Assembly: GCA_963769415.1 (NCBI GenBank)
Contig: CAVYLM010000002.1
Location: 33,625-97,624, forward strand
Length of the DNA: 64,000 nt
Origin: an uncultured Acidobacteriota bacterium
Lineage (GTDB): Bacteria > Acidobacteriota > Terriglobia > Acidiferrales > UBA7541
Direction of reading: 5' to 3'
Both the position numbers and the translations under genes were made by a program. A model generated the notes under the pieces. The model saw nothing but the letters and a program-made list of their open reading frames with translations, searched no databases and was not told the origin of the DNA. Shown here piece by piece: positions 36,306 to 45,567 of this stretch (positions are counted from its first letter, which is position 1; each line of letters opens with the position of its first letter).

Positions 36306-37865
36306 GTGGCCGCACCCGTCCAACTGACCGCGATCGACGCCGGATCGAACGCCATCCGGCTGGCCATCGCGCGGGCCACGTCCCCGCACCACATTCAAAT
36401 CCTTGAAAGCGAACGAGCCCCAGTGCGCCTGGGGCATAACGCGTTCACGCGAAGGCTGCTCGACGAAAAAACAATTTCGCGCGCGACCCGCGCCTTCCGC
36501 CATTTCCGCGACCGCATGGACCGCTATCACGTGACGACGTACCGCGCGGTGGCCACCGCCGCGGCGCGCGAAGTGCGCAACTACCGGCGGCTGATGGAGC
36601 GCATCCAGCGGAAGACCGGGATCGAGCTCGAGGTGATCAGCAGCGAGGAGGAAGCGCGGCTGGTGTGCTCGGCCGTGCACTGGGCGCTGGGCGATCGCGT
36701 GCAGCCGCGGCTTATTTTCGACCTCGGCGGCGGCAGCCTGGAGCTGAATTTTTACGAGCGCGGCGTGCTGCACAATCGGGTGGCGCTGCCGCTGGGGACG
36801 ATCCGGCTGATGGAAACGTATTCGATCGAGGGCGCGATCGACGAAGACACGGCGCGGCAGCTGCGGCACCACACATTTTCGCTGCTGCGCAGCGCGATGC
36901 CTTCGCCGCCGAATCTTTCGCGCGCGATCAGCGTGGCCTGCGGCGGAAACGCCGAGGCGCTGGTGCGGCTCGCGCCGGGTCCGCTGGCGGGCCGCGTGCC
37001 GACGCTCAACGTGCGGCTGCTGAAGGACCAGACCTGGCGGCTGTGCCGGCTCGATGTGGCTCAGCGCGCGCGGGCGTTTCGCGTGCGCACGGACCGCGCG
37101 GAGGTGATGGGCATCGCCGCGATCATCATCAGCGCGGTGGCGAAATGGCTCGGGCTGCGCTCGATGCTGGTGCCGGGCGTGGGCGTGCGCGAAGGGCTGC
37201 TGCTCGACCTCGTCGCCGAGCAATATTCGGGCGGCGTCGCTTCGGCCGAGGAAAAAGGGCGCGCCGAGGAGATGCTCGCCGGGGCGCGGTGGTTCGCGCG
37301 GCGCCTGGATTACAGCGCGCAGCACGCCGAGCAGGTGTCGCGGCTGGCGCTTTCGCTTTTCGACCAATTGCGGCCGATCCACGAAATGGGTCCGGACGAA
37401 CGGCTGGTTCTCGAACTCGGCGCGGTGCTGCACGACATCGGCCACTTCGTGAACAACAAGTCGCACCATCGCCACGGCGAATATTTGATTCGCAACGGCC
37501 AGGTGCCGGGGCTGCGCGGCTGGCGGCGCGACATGGTGGCGGCGCTGGTGCGCTATCACAACTGCAAATCGGAGCCGCAGCTCGAGCACGCGTCGTATGC
37601 GGCGCTCGATGGCGGACGGCGGCGGCAGGTGCGGCTGCTCACGTCGCTGCTGCGCATCGCGGAAAAACTGGAAAGCGAGCACGCGCAGCGAATTCCCGGC
37701 GTGGATATTCAGATCGCCGGGCGCCGGGCGATTTTCCAGATCCGCGCGGCGGAAGGCACGCGGCTCGACATCGGGGGCCTGGCGCGCAAGACCGATCTAT
37801 TCGAGAAGGAATTTCATCTGCGCGCTGAATTCCGGCGCCTGCAACGGAAGCAAAAGGTCGCGTAG
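36306..37865 (+). CDS. ppx: Ppx/GppA-family exopolyphosphatase with C-terminal HD domain
   Basis: GTG at 36306, 2 nt after the upstream stop. LTAIDAGSNAIRLAI..TAAAREV.N....ER......E.EVISSEEEARL..IFDLGGGSLEL, with HD region LGAVLHDIGHFVNNKSHHRHGEYLI. The track ORF 35694.. extends upstream artefactually. Confidence 0.88.
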   Translation: MAAPVQLTAIDAGSNAIRLAIARATSPHHIQILESERAPVRLGHNAFTRRLLDEKTISRATRAFRHFRDRMDRYHVTTYRAVATAAAREVRNYRRLMERIQRKTGIELEVISSEEEARLVCSAVHWALGDRVQPRLIFDLGGGSLELNFYERGVLHNRVALPLGTIRLMETYSIEGAIDEDTARQLRHHTFSLLRSAMPSPPNLSRAISVACGGNAEALVRLAPGPLAGRVPTLNVRLLKDQTWRLCRLDVAQRARAFRVRTDRAEVMGIAAIIISAVAKWLGLRSMLVPGVGVREGLLLDLVAEQYSGGVASAEEKGRAEEMLAGARWFARRLDYSAQHAEQVSRLALSLFDQLRPIHEMGPDERLVLELGAVLHDIGHFVNNKSHHRHGEYLIRNGQVPGLRGWRRDMVAALVRYHNCKSEPQLEHASYAALDGGRRRQVRLLTSLLRIAEKLESEHAQRIPGVDIQIAGRRAIFQIRAAEGTRLDIGGLARKTDLFEKEFHLRAEFRRLQRKQKVA

Positions 37866-37867
37866 CC

Positions 37868-38365
37868 ATGATCCTGTATCTCGTTCGCCACGGAATCGCC
37901 GTCGATCGCACCGATCCGAAATCTCCCGCGGAACAGGAAAGGCCGCTGACCGCAAGAGGCGTGCAGAAAACGCGCGGTGCGGCGCTCGGCCTGCGTGCGA
38001 TGGGCGCGAAGCCCGACGTGCTGATCACGAGTCCCTACGTGCGCGCGGCGCAAACGGCGGAGATTTTCGCCGAGGCGCTGGGATTCCCGGTGGACAAAAT
38101 CCGCGTGAACGAAAGCCTGAAACCCGCTGGAAATCCCGCGGAGATCGTGAAGGAATTGGCGCACATGCGCGCCAAGGAAGTGATTTGCTTCGGCCACGCG
38201 CCGCATCTGGATTTGACGATCGCGCAGCTGGCGGGCGCGCGCGCGCCGTTTACGGAGCTGAAAAAAGCGGGCGCGGCGTGCTTCGAGCACACGTCCGCGC
38301 ACGGGGCCTGGGAATTGCGCTGGATTTTGACGCCGAGGGCGCTGCGCGATCTGGGCGAATCGTAG
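37868..38365 (+). CDS. sixA: Phosphohistidine phosphatase SixA
   Basis: 165 aa. LYLVRHGIA (RHG motif), RPLTARGV, ITSPYVRAAQTAE, CFGHAPHL. The ATG lies 2 nt after the ppx stop. Confidence 0.88.
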   Translation: MILYLVRHGIAVDRTDPKSPAEQERPLTARGVQKTRGAALGLRAMGAKPDVLITSPYVRAAQTAEIFAEALGFPVDKIRVNESLKPAGNPAEIVKELAHMRAKEVICFGHAPHLDLTIAQLAGARAPFTELKKAGAACFEHTSAHGAWELRWILTPRALRDLGES

Positions 38366-38369
38366 AAGT

Positions 38370-39266
38370 TCAGGCGGTGCGACGCCGCTCACCGGCGGCG
38401 CTGGCAACCAGGACGTGTTCCCACTGAAATCCCGCCCTCCAGGTGAGCCACGGCGATTCCGGCCCGGAGGTTTTCGCGAGAAATTCCCGCAGGTTTGCCT
38501 TGCGTTCGCGATCGATGCGGCCGATCCATTCCGCCACGAGCGCGGGACTGAGCTGCGCGGAATTGCGCCGAACCTGCTGCCGCAAAACATCGAGATCGTG
38601 GACGTCGCCGAGCAGGTCCTGCATGCGCTTTAGATCGTCGGACCAGAGCTCGTAGCGCTGGGGCAGAAAATTCTCGACCAGGTAGCGGAAATTCTTGAGG
38701 CCGATTCGGAGCCGATGCCAGGCGATGGCGCTGCGCCGCCGCCGGGCCTGCTGGTACATCTCGACCGCTTCATTCAGGCGCGTCAGCGCCAGGCGTTGAT
38801 AAACGACGCTATTCAGCGGGAAGAAGCGCGACTTCACGATCAGTTTCCGGGTCAGCTTCTTCCATTCCTTGCGGTCGAAATGGTCCAGCGCCTTTTCCGC
38901 CGACTCGCGAAATTTCTTCTCGTTATCCGAAAACAGCCGGAACATCCGCTTTCGTACCGGATCGCCCGCCGGGCCGAGCTTCTTCACCCGCGCGCGCAGC
39001 ACCTGCATATCTCGCAACTCGCCGAGCGCGTGAAAAAGGTCGCGGCTGGTCCGCTTCAGCTTGCGCCAGCCCGGCCCCGGATTCACTTCGCTCAACGCGT
39101 CGGCAATGGTCCGGCAGCGCCGCAGCGCCACGCGCAGATCGTGAACGGCGTCGACATCCCAGCCGTTCCGCACCTGGCCGGCGCGTTCGAGCACTCGGTT
39201 CATCCAGACTTCCAGGCCCGCGCTCTTGGCGGAATGATTGGCCGGCAATGGAAATGCGAGAGCCAT
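38370..39266 (-). CDS. CHAD-domain protein
   Basis: 298 aa. VHDLRVALRRCRTI, ELRDMQVL, RLRIGLKNFRYLVE, LQDLLGDVHDLDVL are repeated CHAD helices. Confidence 0.85.
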   Translation of the reverse strand: MALAFPLPANHSAKSAGLEVWMNRVLERAGQVRNGWDVDAVHDLRVALRRCRTIADALSEVNPGPGWRKLKRTSRDLFHALGELRDMQVLRARVKKLGPAGDPVRKRMFRLFSDNEKKFRESAEKALDHFDRKEWKKLTRKLIVKSRFFPLNSVVYQRLALTRLNEAVEMYQQARRRRSAIAWHRLRIGLKNFRYLVENFLPQRYELWSDDLKRMQDLLGDVHDLDVLRQQVRRNSAQLSPALVAEWIGRIDRERKANLREFLAKTSGPESPWLTWRAGFQWEHVLVASAAGERRRTA

Positions 39267-39340
39267 GAGTGTCCGGTCGGAGGGCTGGAGCGAAGGGCGT
39301 ATGGTAACTCGGTGGAGCCGAATATTCCAGTCGGGTAGAT

Positions 39341-40597
39341 CTAGGAGACGAAGGCGCAGCCGACGCGCGTGCGGCCGCCTTCCATGCGCATGGTGTAGGT
39401 TTTGCGCAGCACGACTCGCACCGGAGGCAAAATCGGCACGTTGAGCACGGCATTGAATTGATCCGGAAGATCCTCAGCTCGCTCAAAGTGCAGCGCGACC
39501 CCGCCATAGCTGAGGTCGATTACCCTCGCGGATTTCTGGTTGCCCTCGGTGAGAACGGCATGAGCCTTGGTTCCCGAGAGCGACACGCGTTCCCATTTCC
39601 GGTGCTCGGGGCGCGAGGCCGGTGACGGCACGAAACTTGGCGCCGGGGGAGGCGGGGCAGCTGGCGCTCGGGGCGATGGCGGTGCCTGTGGCGCTGCATG
39701 AGCCGGAGCAGCCGGCGCCGGTGCTGCTTCGCGTTCGCGCTCGCGCGCGGGATGCGTTTCGAGCGGTATCACGCGCGAAGGCGCGCGGCCCGCGTGCTTC
39801 AATTCGTAGAGCTTTTTGTCCGCGAGGCCCATCAGCACACTCTTCTGATCGCCGTCCTGCGGATGCACGGCCACGCCGAAATCCAGCGTCACGCCGATTT
39901 CGAGCGCGAGCGGCCGCAGCTCGTTTTCGTATTGCGAGCGAACGCGGCGGCACAGCGTGACGGCCTGCTCGGAATCGGTTTGCGGGAGCAGCAGCGCGAA
40001 TTCGTCTCCGCCGATGCGAAACGCGAAGTCGGAATTGCGCAGGGTGCGGCGCAGCGTCGCGGCGGCAATCTGCAAAACCTGGTCTCCTTGCAGGTGGCCG
40101 TGGCGATCGTTCACGTCCTTCAGCTTGTGCAGGTCGAGAATCACGACGGCGAGCTGCTGCCCGTAACGTTTCGCGCGGTTCAGTTCCTTGTCGAAATACT
40201 CATCGAAGAGCCGGCGGTTGTGAAGTCCCGTGAGCGCGTCGGTGGCGGCGTTAACCTGGAGCTTTTTCAATTCTTCGTATTCGATCATCACGGGCACGCG
40301 CAAATAGTTCGCGGACGCGAGCACGTCCATCATCGCGGTCTTCAGCGAGATCTTTCTTCCCAGACTATCGGCCACATCGCCGCGTCGCTCCAGAATGCGC
40401 GACCAGAAGGCGTTCGCCTGCTCTTCGGAGACGTCGATCTGGGCGACCATGCGGAAGAATTGCCGCAGGAACTGCCCGCGGATGGGCTCGTCGAGGCCTG
40501 CCAACGTCTCGACGAGGAGGTCGAAAAAAGAATCCTCCGCCGACGGCTGTGACTGTGGGGCGTCGCCCAATTGAGGCATTCGTTTGTTCCGAGACAA
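39341..40597 (-). CDS. Diguanylate cyclase (GGDEF) with C-terminal PilZ domain
   Basis: 418 aa. DALTGLHNRR, I-site RNSD five residues before the active-site GGDEF, a Pro/Ala-rich linker, and PilZ motifs RKWER ... DLSYGG. Confidence 0.88.
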   Translation of the reverse strand: MSRNKRMPQLGDAPQSQPSAEDSFFDLLVETLAGLDEPIRGQFLRQFFRMVAQIDVSEEQANAFWSRILERRGDVADSLGRKISLKTAMMDVLASANYLRVPVMIEYEELKKLQVNAATDALTGLHNRRLFDEYFDKELNRAKRYGQQLAVVILDLHKLKDVNDRHGHLQGDQVLQIAAATLRRTLRNSDFAFRIGGDEFALLLPQTDSEQAVTLCRRVRSQYENELRPLALEIGVTLDFGVAVHPQDGDQKSVLMGLADKKLYELKHAGRAPSRVIPLETHPAREREREAAPAPAAPAHAAPQAPPSPRAPAAPPPPAPSFVPSPASRPEHRKWERVSLSGTKAHAVLTEGNQKSARVIDLSYGGVALHFERAEDLPDQFNAVLNVPILPPVRVVLRKTYTMRMEGGRTRVGCAFVS

Positions 40598-40845
40598 TGG
40601 TGAACCTACCCTGGAAAAAACCAGGTGTACCTGCGGGGTGTAATGGTTATAGCACGGGGCAGTCCAATCGGCGAAATGGATTCGTTAGAAGCGGTCCCCG
40701 TAAGTGCCTGTCAGCTAGAGGATTACATGATACGCTTCGTATGCCGAGCAAATTCTCGGCGGGGAAAAGGAGAAAGTGAAAAATGGTTCCACTTTTCGGA
40801 GGCTGGCACCTGCTTGTCGGGGCTAAGAGGTGGAAACGAAATGCC

Positions 40846-41208
40846 TCACCCGATCGGTTTGAGGAATTCCACGCCGATCAGGTAGACATCGCCGGCTTCC
40901 TGTTGCCGCCGGACCTTGGCCTGGATCGGAGCCATGCCAGCCGGCACCAGCCCGGAGGACGTGATCGATGGCGCCGGGATCGTGAGGGTGATGAACCCGC
41001 TGACCGCCAACGGCCTGGGGCTGGCCACAAACGCCCCTATTGCACTGATATTCAAGGTCTTAGCGAGTTCCATGAACTGCTCGCCTTGGGCATCCTTGCC
41101 GCGGATGAACAGTGGAATCTGCAAGTGGATGCGTTGATAGCGTCTGCGCTCGTCTTCTAGCGGCGGCACGGCCACTCTCGGTTGAATTGCGTTTTCCCTG
41201 GCGTTCAT
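40846..41208 (-). CDS. PilZ-domain protein
   Basis: 120 aa. RRRYQRI ... NISAIG (RxxxR / NxSxxG). Confidence 0.8.
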   Translation of the reverse strand: MNARENAIQPRVAVPPLEDERRRYQRIHLQIPLFIRGKDAQGEQFMELAKTLNISAIGAFVASPRPLAVSGFITLTIPAPSITSSGLVPAGMAPIQAKVRRQQEAGDVYLIGVEFLKPIG

Positions 41209-41527
41209 TGGTACCCAAGTTTTAGTACTCGTTTTGATCGCAATTTCAATGCAAGTTTAGGCCTCCAAAGCATAATGTTTGTAAGTCCCTTGCAATAAAT
41301 ATGTTACGAGATTTCTCAGATTGATATACGAGGTTTGTTGCATCGGAATATGCAAGTTTTCGGCAATAGATTTCCCTCGATGTGCAAGTGTGGAACGCAT
41401 TTACCATTGACACCTTTTCTGCCCTTTGCGAGCATACTTTTCCTCAGCGAATCCCCAACTGAATTCTCTTTAGCTTTCTTGAAGAGAGCAGTGTCTTTTC
41501 GCTCGGTGCAAGTGTCGGAGGCAGAAG

Positions 41528-42747
41528 TTGACCAAGATGGCGACCGCGGAGAAGCAGGCCAACCGGCAGGCTGGTTTTCAGCTTGTCGCGAGCCTTTTGG
41601 ACGCTGTCGACCGTCCGCTATTGGTTTCCGATCGCCGGGGCCTGCTCCTGTTTTCGAATCTTCATGCACAGGACGTCCTCCTGTCGAAGGGACTGGAGTC
41701 CAAGCCCGATCTGAATCTGTTTCAGGACCTGCTGCACGCCGATCGCAAGGCAATTCTCGGGCAGCTGGAAAGCGGCCAGCAGGAAGTGTATCTGGAGCTC
41801 GACTGCGCCGAAGGCAAGAGGCGCGTACGCCTCCGCTGGCTGCCGGAGCCGGACTGGCTCGCCGTGTTTATCGAACCGGCTTCGGTCGAGCCGCCCGCGG
41901 ACGAAGCGGAAATGCGCCAGAAAGTTCAGGATCTCATCCAGGAGCGCGAGATCACGTATCGAAATCTCCTGGCGGCGTATTTACGGCTGCAGGAGGCCAA
42001 CCGGCAGAAGACGGTTTTCCTGGCGTCGGCGGCGCACGAACTGAAAACGCCCCTCGCGGTAATGAAGGGTTATTACGAGCTCCTGCTTTCCGGTTCGCTT
42101 GGCAAGGTCAGCGAAAAGCAGCGCGATATTTTGCGGGAATCGAAGGAAAGCTGCGATCGCCTCGTGCGCCTCGTTTCGATGTTCCTGAACTATTCGGCGC
42201 TGGAAAGCGGCAAGCTTGTCCTGCAGTTTCACGAAAACGATCTGCGTGATTGCGTCAACGATCTGGCCGGGCGCTGGAAAGACGCGTTTCAACGCGCCGA
42301 CGTGCAGCTGGACATCGATCTTCATCCCGACCTGCCGCTTTTCCGGTTCGACTATCAGAAAGTGCAGCAGTGCATCGTGAACCTGGTCGACAACGCGCTG
42401 AAACATACGCCGGCGGGCGGCCGCGTCACGCTTGCGCGCGCGAGCCCCACTTCTGGGAACGGCGCCTCGCCGAAACAGCTCCGACGGAAGAGCGCCGCAG
42501 GGGAAATGGCCAGCGGCCGAACAGCATTTTGATTACCGTGACCGACACCGGCACGGGAATCGCGGCGGAATTTCATCAGGAAATTTTCGAGGAATTCGTG
42601 CGCGTCGATCCTTCGTCGTCGGGCATGGGTCTGGGCCTGGCAATCACGAAGCGATTGATTCAGGCGCATCGCGGAAAAGTGTGGGTGGATAGCGAATTGG
42701 GACGCGGAAGTTCGTTTTCATTTCTTCTCCCCATTTATGTCGAGTAA
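41528..42747 (+). CDS. Sensor histidine kinase (HisKA plus HATPase_c), one apparent frameshift near 42430-42445
   Basis: TTG at 41528, 6 nt after GGAGG. H-box [16 protein letters not shown]-box [12 protein letters not shown] in track ORF 41528..42532. G-boxes [26 protein letters not shown] in ORF 42250..42747. Confidence 0.8.
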
Positions 42748-42787
42748 GCTGGAGCGAGAAAGCGTCGCTCCCTAGAAAGAACAAACG

Positions 42788-44329
42788 ATGGCGATCAAAG
42801 AACCGGTCAAAGAAAAGATCATGGTGGTGGACGACGAGCCGAGTATCCGGAAATATCTCCGGACGCTGCTCGAACTCGACGGATTCGAGGTCGAGACGCT
42901 GCCCAGCGGCAAGGAAGCGCTCCAGCGCGTCGGCGAAGGCGAACGGCCCGACTTCATCATCCTCGACGTGCTCATGCCGGAGATGGACGGGCTCGAAACT
43001 CTGCGCCAGCTGATGCAGGTGGACCGCTCGCTGAACGTCATCATGCTTTCCTGCACGAACGAAGTGAACACGGTGGTCGAGGCGATTCGCGTCGGCGCGC
43101 TCGATTATCTGACGAAGCCGTTTGAGAAGCCGGAACTCGACGCGGCGTTCCTGAAGTGCAAGCAGAAGCAGCAGCTGCGCTCGGAAAACCAGGCGCTGCG
43201 TGAATACTGCGAGGCCCTGACCGAGGACATTTCGTTTCTCGCCGCCAGCCCGCAGATGATCAAGATCCGCCAGCAGATTTTGCAGATCGCGCCGGTGGAC
43301 GTGCCGATCTTCATCAGCGGCGAAAGCGGCGTGGGAAAAGAAGTCGTCGCGCGCATGGTCCATCTGCGCTCGAAGCGCCAGCAGCAGCCCTTTATCAAGG
43401 TAAACTGCGCGGCGCTGCCCGGCGAGCTGCTGGAATCGGAGCTGTTCGGTTACGAGCAGGGTGCCTTTACCGGCGCGGTCCGCGCGAAGCCCGGCAAGTT
43501 CGAGCTGGCCAACAAGGGCACGATCTTCCTCGACGAAATTGCGGAAATGAGCCCGCACCTTCAGGCCAAGCTTCTGCACGTCCTGCAGGATGGACAGTTT
43601 TCAAGGCTGGGCGCGCGCTCGGTCGTGAATGTCGACGTACGCGTTCTGGCGGCCACCAACATGGACGTGAAGGATGCGATGCGCACCGGCCGCTTCCGCG
43701 AGGATTTGTATTACCGGTTCAACGTGCTCTCGCTGCACATCCCGCCGCTGCGCGAACGCACTTCGGAAATTCCGCTGCTCTTCCGCCATTTCCTCGTGAA
43801 GTACAGCGAGAAATACGGCAAGCAGGCGCCCGATCCTTCGAAGAACCTGCTCGAAGCGGCCTTGCGCTATCCCTGGCCCGGAAACCTGCGCGAACTCGAG
43901 AATTTCGTGAAGCGCTACGTGATTCTCGAAGACGACGAAGGCAGCTTCCGCGAGCTTCTGGAAATGACCGGCCAGCAGCACCGCATCGCTCCGCGCGCCG
44001 AAGCGCCCGCTCCGAAGGAACAGGGACTCAAGGCGCTCGTCCGCGGCCTGAAGGACGAAGCGGAGATGGAAGCCATCGCCGACGCGCTCGACAAAACGAA
44101 CTGGTGCCGCAAGGACGCCGCGCGCATGCTGGGTATCAGCTACAAAGCGCTGCTCTACAAGATGCGCCAGTTCAATTTCGATTCGGGACGCGGCGCTCGC
44201 TCCGCAGCCGCGAAGGAAGCTGCAAAGGCCGCCGCAGCTGCAAAAGAAGCGGCAGCGGCGAAACCCGAAGAGCCGAAGGAGCACGTCGAGGACGAAGCGC
44301 ACGCCATTCCCGGCGGCCGCGTTTCGTAG
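42788..44329 (+). CDS. Sigma-54-dependent response regulator (NtrC family: REC-AAA+-Fis HTH)
   Basis: 513 aa. IMVVDDEPSIR..ILDVLMPEMDG. GESGVGKEVVAR, ESELFGYEQGAFTGA (GAFTGA), and C-terminal ARMLGISYKALLYKM. Confidence 0.92.
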   Translation: MAIKEPVKEKIMVVDDEPSIRKYLRTLLELDGFEVETLPSGKEALQRVGEGERPDFIILDVLMPEMDGLETLRQLMQVDRSLNVIMLSCTNEVNTVVEAIRVGALDYLTKPFEKPELDAAFLKCKQKQQLRSENQALREYCEALTEDISFLAASPQMIKIRQQILQIAPVDVPIFISGESGVGKEVVARMVHLRSKRQQQPFIKVNCAALPGELLESELFGYEQGAFTGAVRAKPGKFELANKGTIFLDEIAEMSPHLQAKLLHVLQDGQFSRLGARSVVNVDVRVLAATNMDVKDAMRTGRFREDLYYRFNVLSLHIPPLRERTSEIPLLFRHFLVKYSEKYGKQAPDPSKNLLEAALRYPWPGNLRELENFVKRYVILEDDEGSFRELLEMTGQQHRIAPRAEAPAPKEQGLKALVRGLKDEAEMEAIADALDKTNWCRKDAARMLGISYKALLYKMRQFNFDSGRGARSAAAKEAAKAAAAAKEAAAAKPEEPKEHVEDEAHAIPGGRVS

Positions 44330-44716
44330 CCTCAAGCCATCCGTCATCCGCGCCCGCGAGTCGGTCGTCGATCCGCGGGCACTTGCACAGTCCCAAAATC
44401 GGCTCCAGACGTTGCGTGAGTCGTGGGCGGGTCCGTAGTCCTGGTCCCTGCAAACTGTTGCATAAGTAGAGCACACCCCATCAAATAGCTCTACCAATCC
44501 CACCTCGCCATAGACTAGTATTCCCGTCCGAAGTAGGCGACGCGCGACATTCCATCGCGCGAAATTCGAGTGGTTGTCATCACTTGACTCAAATAATAAG
44601 CCTCCTTTGTTGCTGACAAAGGAGTTGTGCATCGCGCGACGAACGAGTGTTTGCGTCAGGCGCGCGAGTTTTCGCGAAACCGCACTTGGGCCCGGAAGTC
44701 GCGCATTGCAAGGCAT

Positions 44717-44734
44717 TTGGTAGAGGGATTGCAG
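44717..44734 (+). promoter_or_regulatory. Candidate sigma-54 (-24/-12) promoter upstream of the PilZ gene
   Basis: TGGTAGagggaTTGCA. The GG (44719-20) and GC (44731-32) have the canonical TGG-N8-TTGCA spacing, ~60 nt upstream of the ATG at 44792. Confidence 0.55.
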
Positions 44735-44791
44735 TTCTGTTTTCGATCACAAAGCGAGAGAATAGAATCCAACCCTGAGGGAGCATCGGGA

Positions 44792-45130
44792 ATGACAGAA
44801 CGTCGCTTGGCTCGTCGGTACGATCTATCTCTGCCTGTCAATATCCGGATGCCGATCAATCGCGAACCACGTTCGCACAGCGGCCAGACCCGGGACATCT
44901 CCACGCGCGGCGTGTACTTCACCCTGCGCGATGATCTCGCTCCCGGCGCCGAACTCGATTTCACGCTGACCTTGCCCGCGGAAATCACGCGCGGCTCCGA
45001 AGTCTTCGTCCGCGCGCACGGACGAGTGATTCGCGTCGACAAGCGCACGGACGACGATCACGAAACGGTCGGCGTCGCTGCCGTCATCGAGCGATACGAC
45101 ATCGTCCGCGGCGAAGGCTCTCGCGCATAA
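44792..45130 (+). CDS. PilZ-domain protein
   Basis: ATG at 44792 follows GAGGGAG. RRLARRY ... DISTRG. 112 aa. Confidence 0.8.
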   Translation: MTERRLARRYDLSLPVNIRMPINREPRSHSGQTRDISTRGVYFTLRDDLAPGAELDFTLTLPAEITRGSEVFVRAHGRVIRVDKRTDDDHETVGVAAVIERYDIVRGEGSRA

Positions 45131-45508
45131 TTCGGCGGTCAACCGCTCGTGCGGTGAGATCGATCGCGTCGCGCCGACGCAGCAAGTCTCGTTTAACTTC
45201 TCTGCCGCCACCGCCTCGTAATTTTCCGTTAACATTCGGTTCGGCACACATGCGTCAGAAGGCGTCCTCATCGATCTGTGGATATCACTGTGGAAATTTA
45301 TTTGTAAGTTTTAACGACGTTCTAGGAAGGCTCGTTCCTATAAGTGCCAAGTATTTTCTGGTGGAATGCCTCAAATCACCGCCGTGAGCGTACCAGTCCG
45401 CCGGTCCGACCTGCGGCGCCTATGCTGAGAACCCTCCTGTAATCAACGGAATAACGAAATCCGGCGAATGTAGTGGAAATCCTCGAGCTAAACAGCCTCG
45501 CCCGGCGT

Positions 45509-45526
45509 TTGGCTCCTCGGGTGCAA
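45509..45526 (+). promoter_or_regulatory. Weaker candidate sigma-54 promoter upstream of the second bEBP gene
   Basis: TGGCTCctcggGTGCA has the correct TGG-N8-xTGCA spacing, but the -12 element is GTGC rather than TTGC. Confidence 0.35.
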
Positions 45527-45567
45527 AGTCCATCCGGAGGAGAACTGTTGGCTTAGCTTCTAAGCCC

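Noticed and set aside
40804-40819. A perfect TGGCAC hexamer followed by cTTGTC.
   Set aside because: The -12 element and spacing do not fit, and no plus-strand gene follows for ~700 bp.
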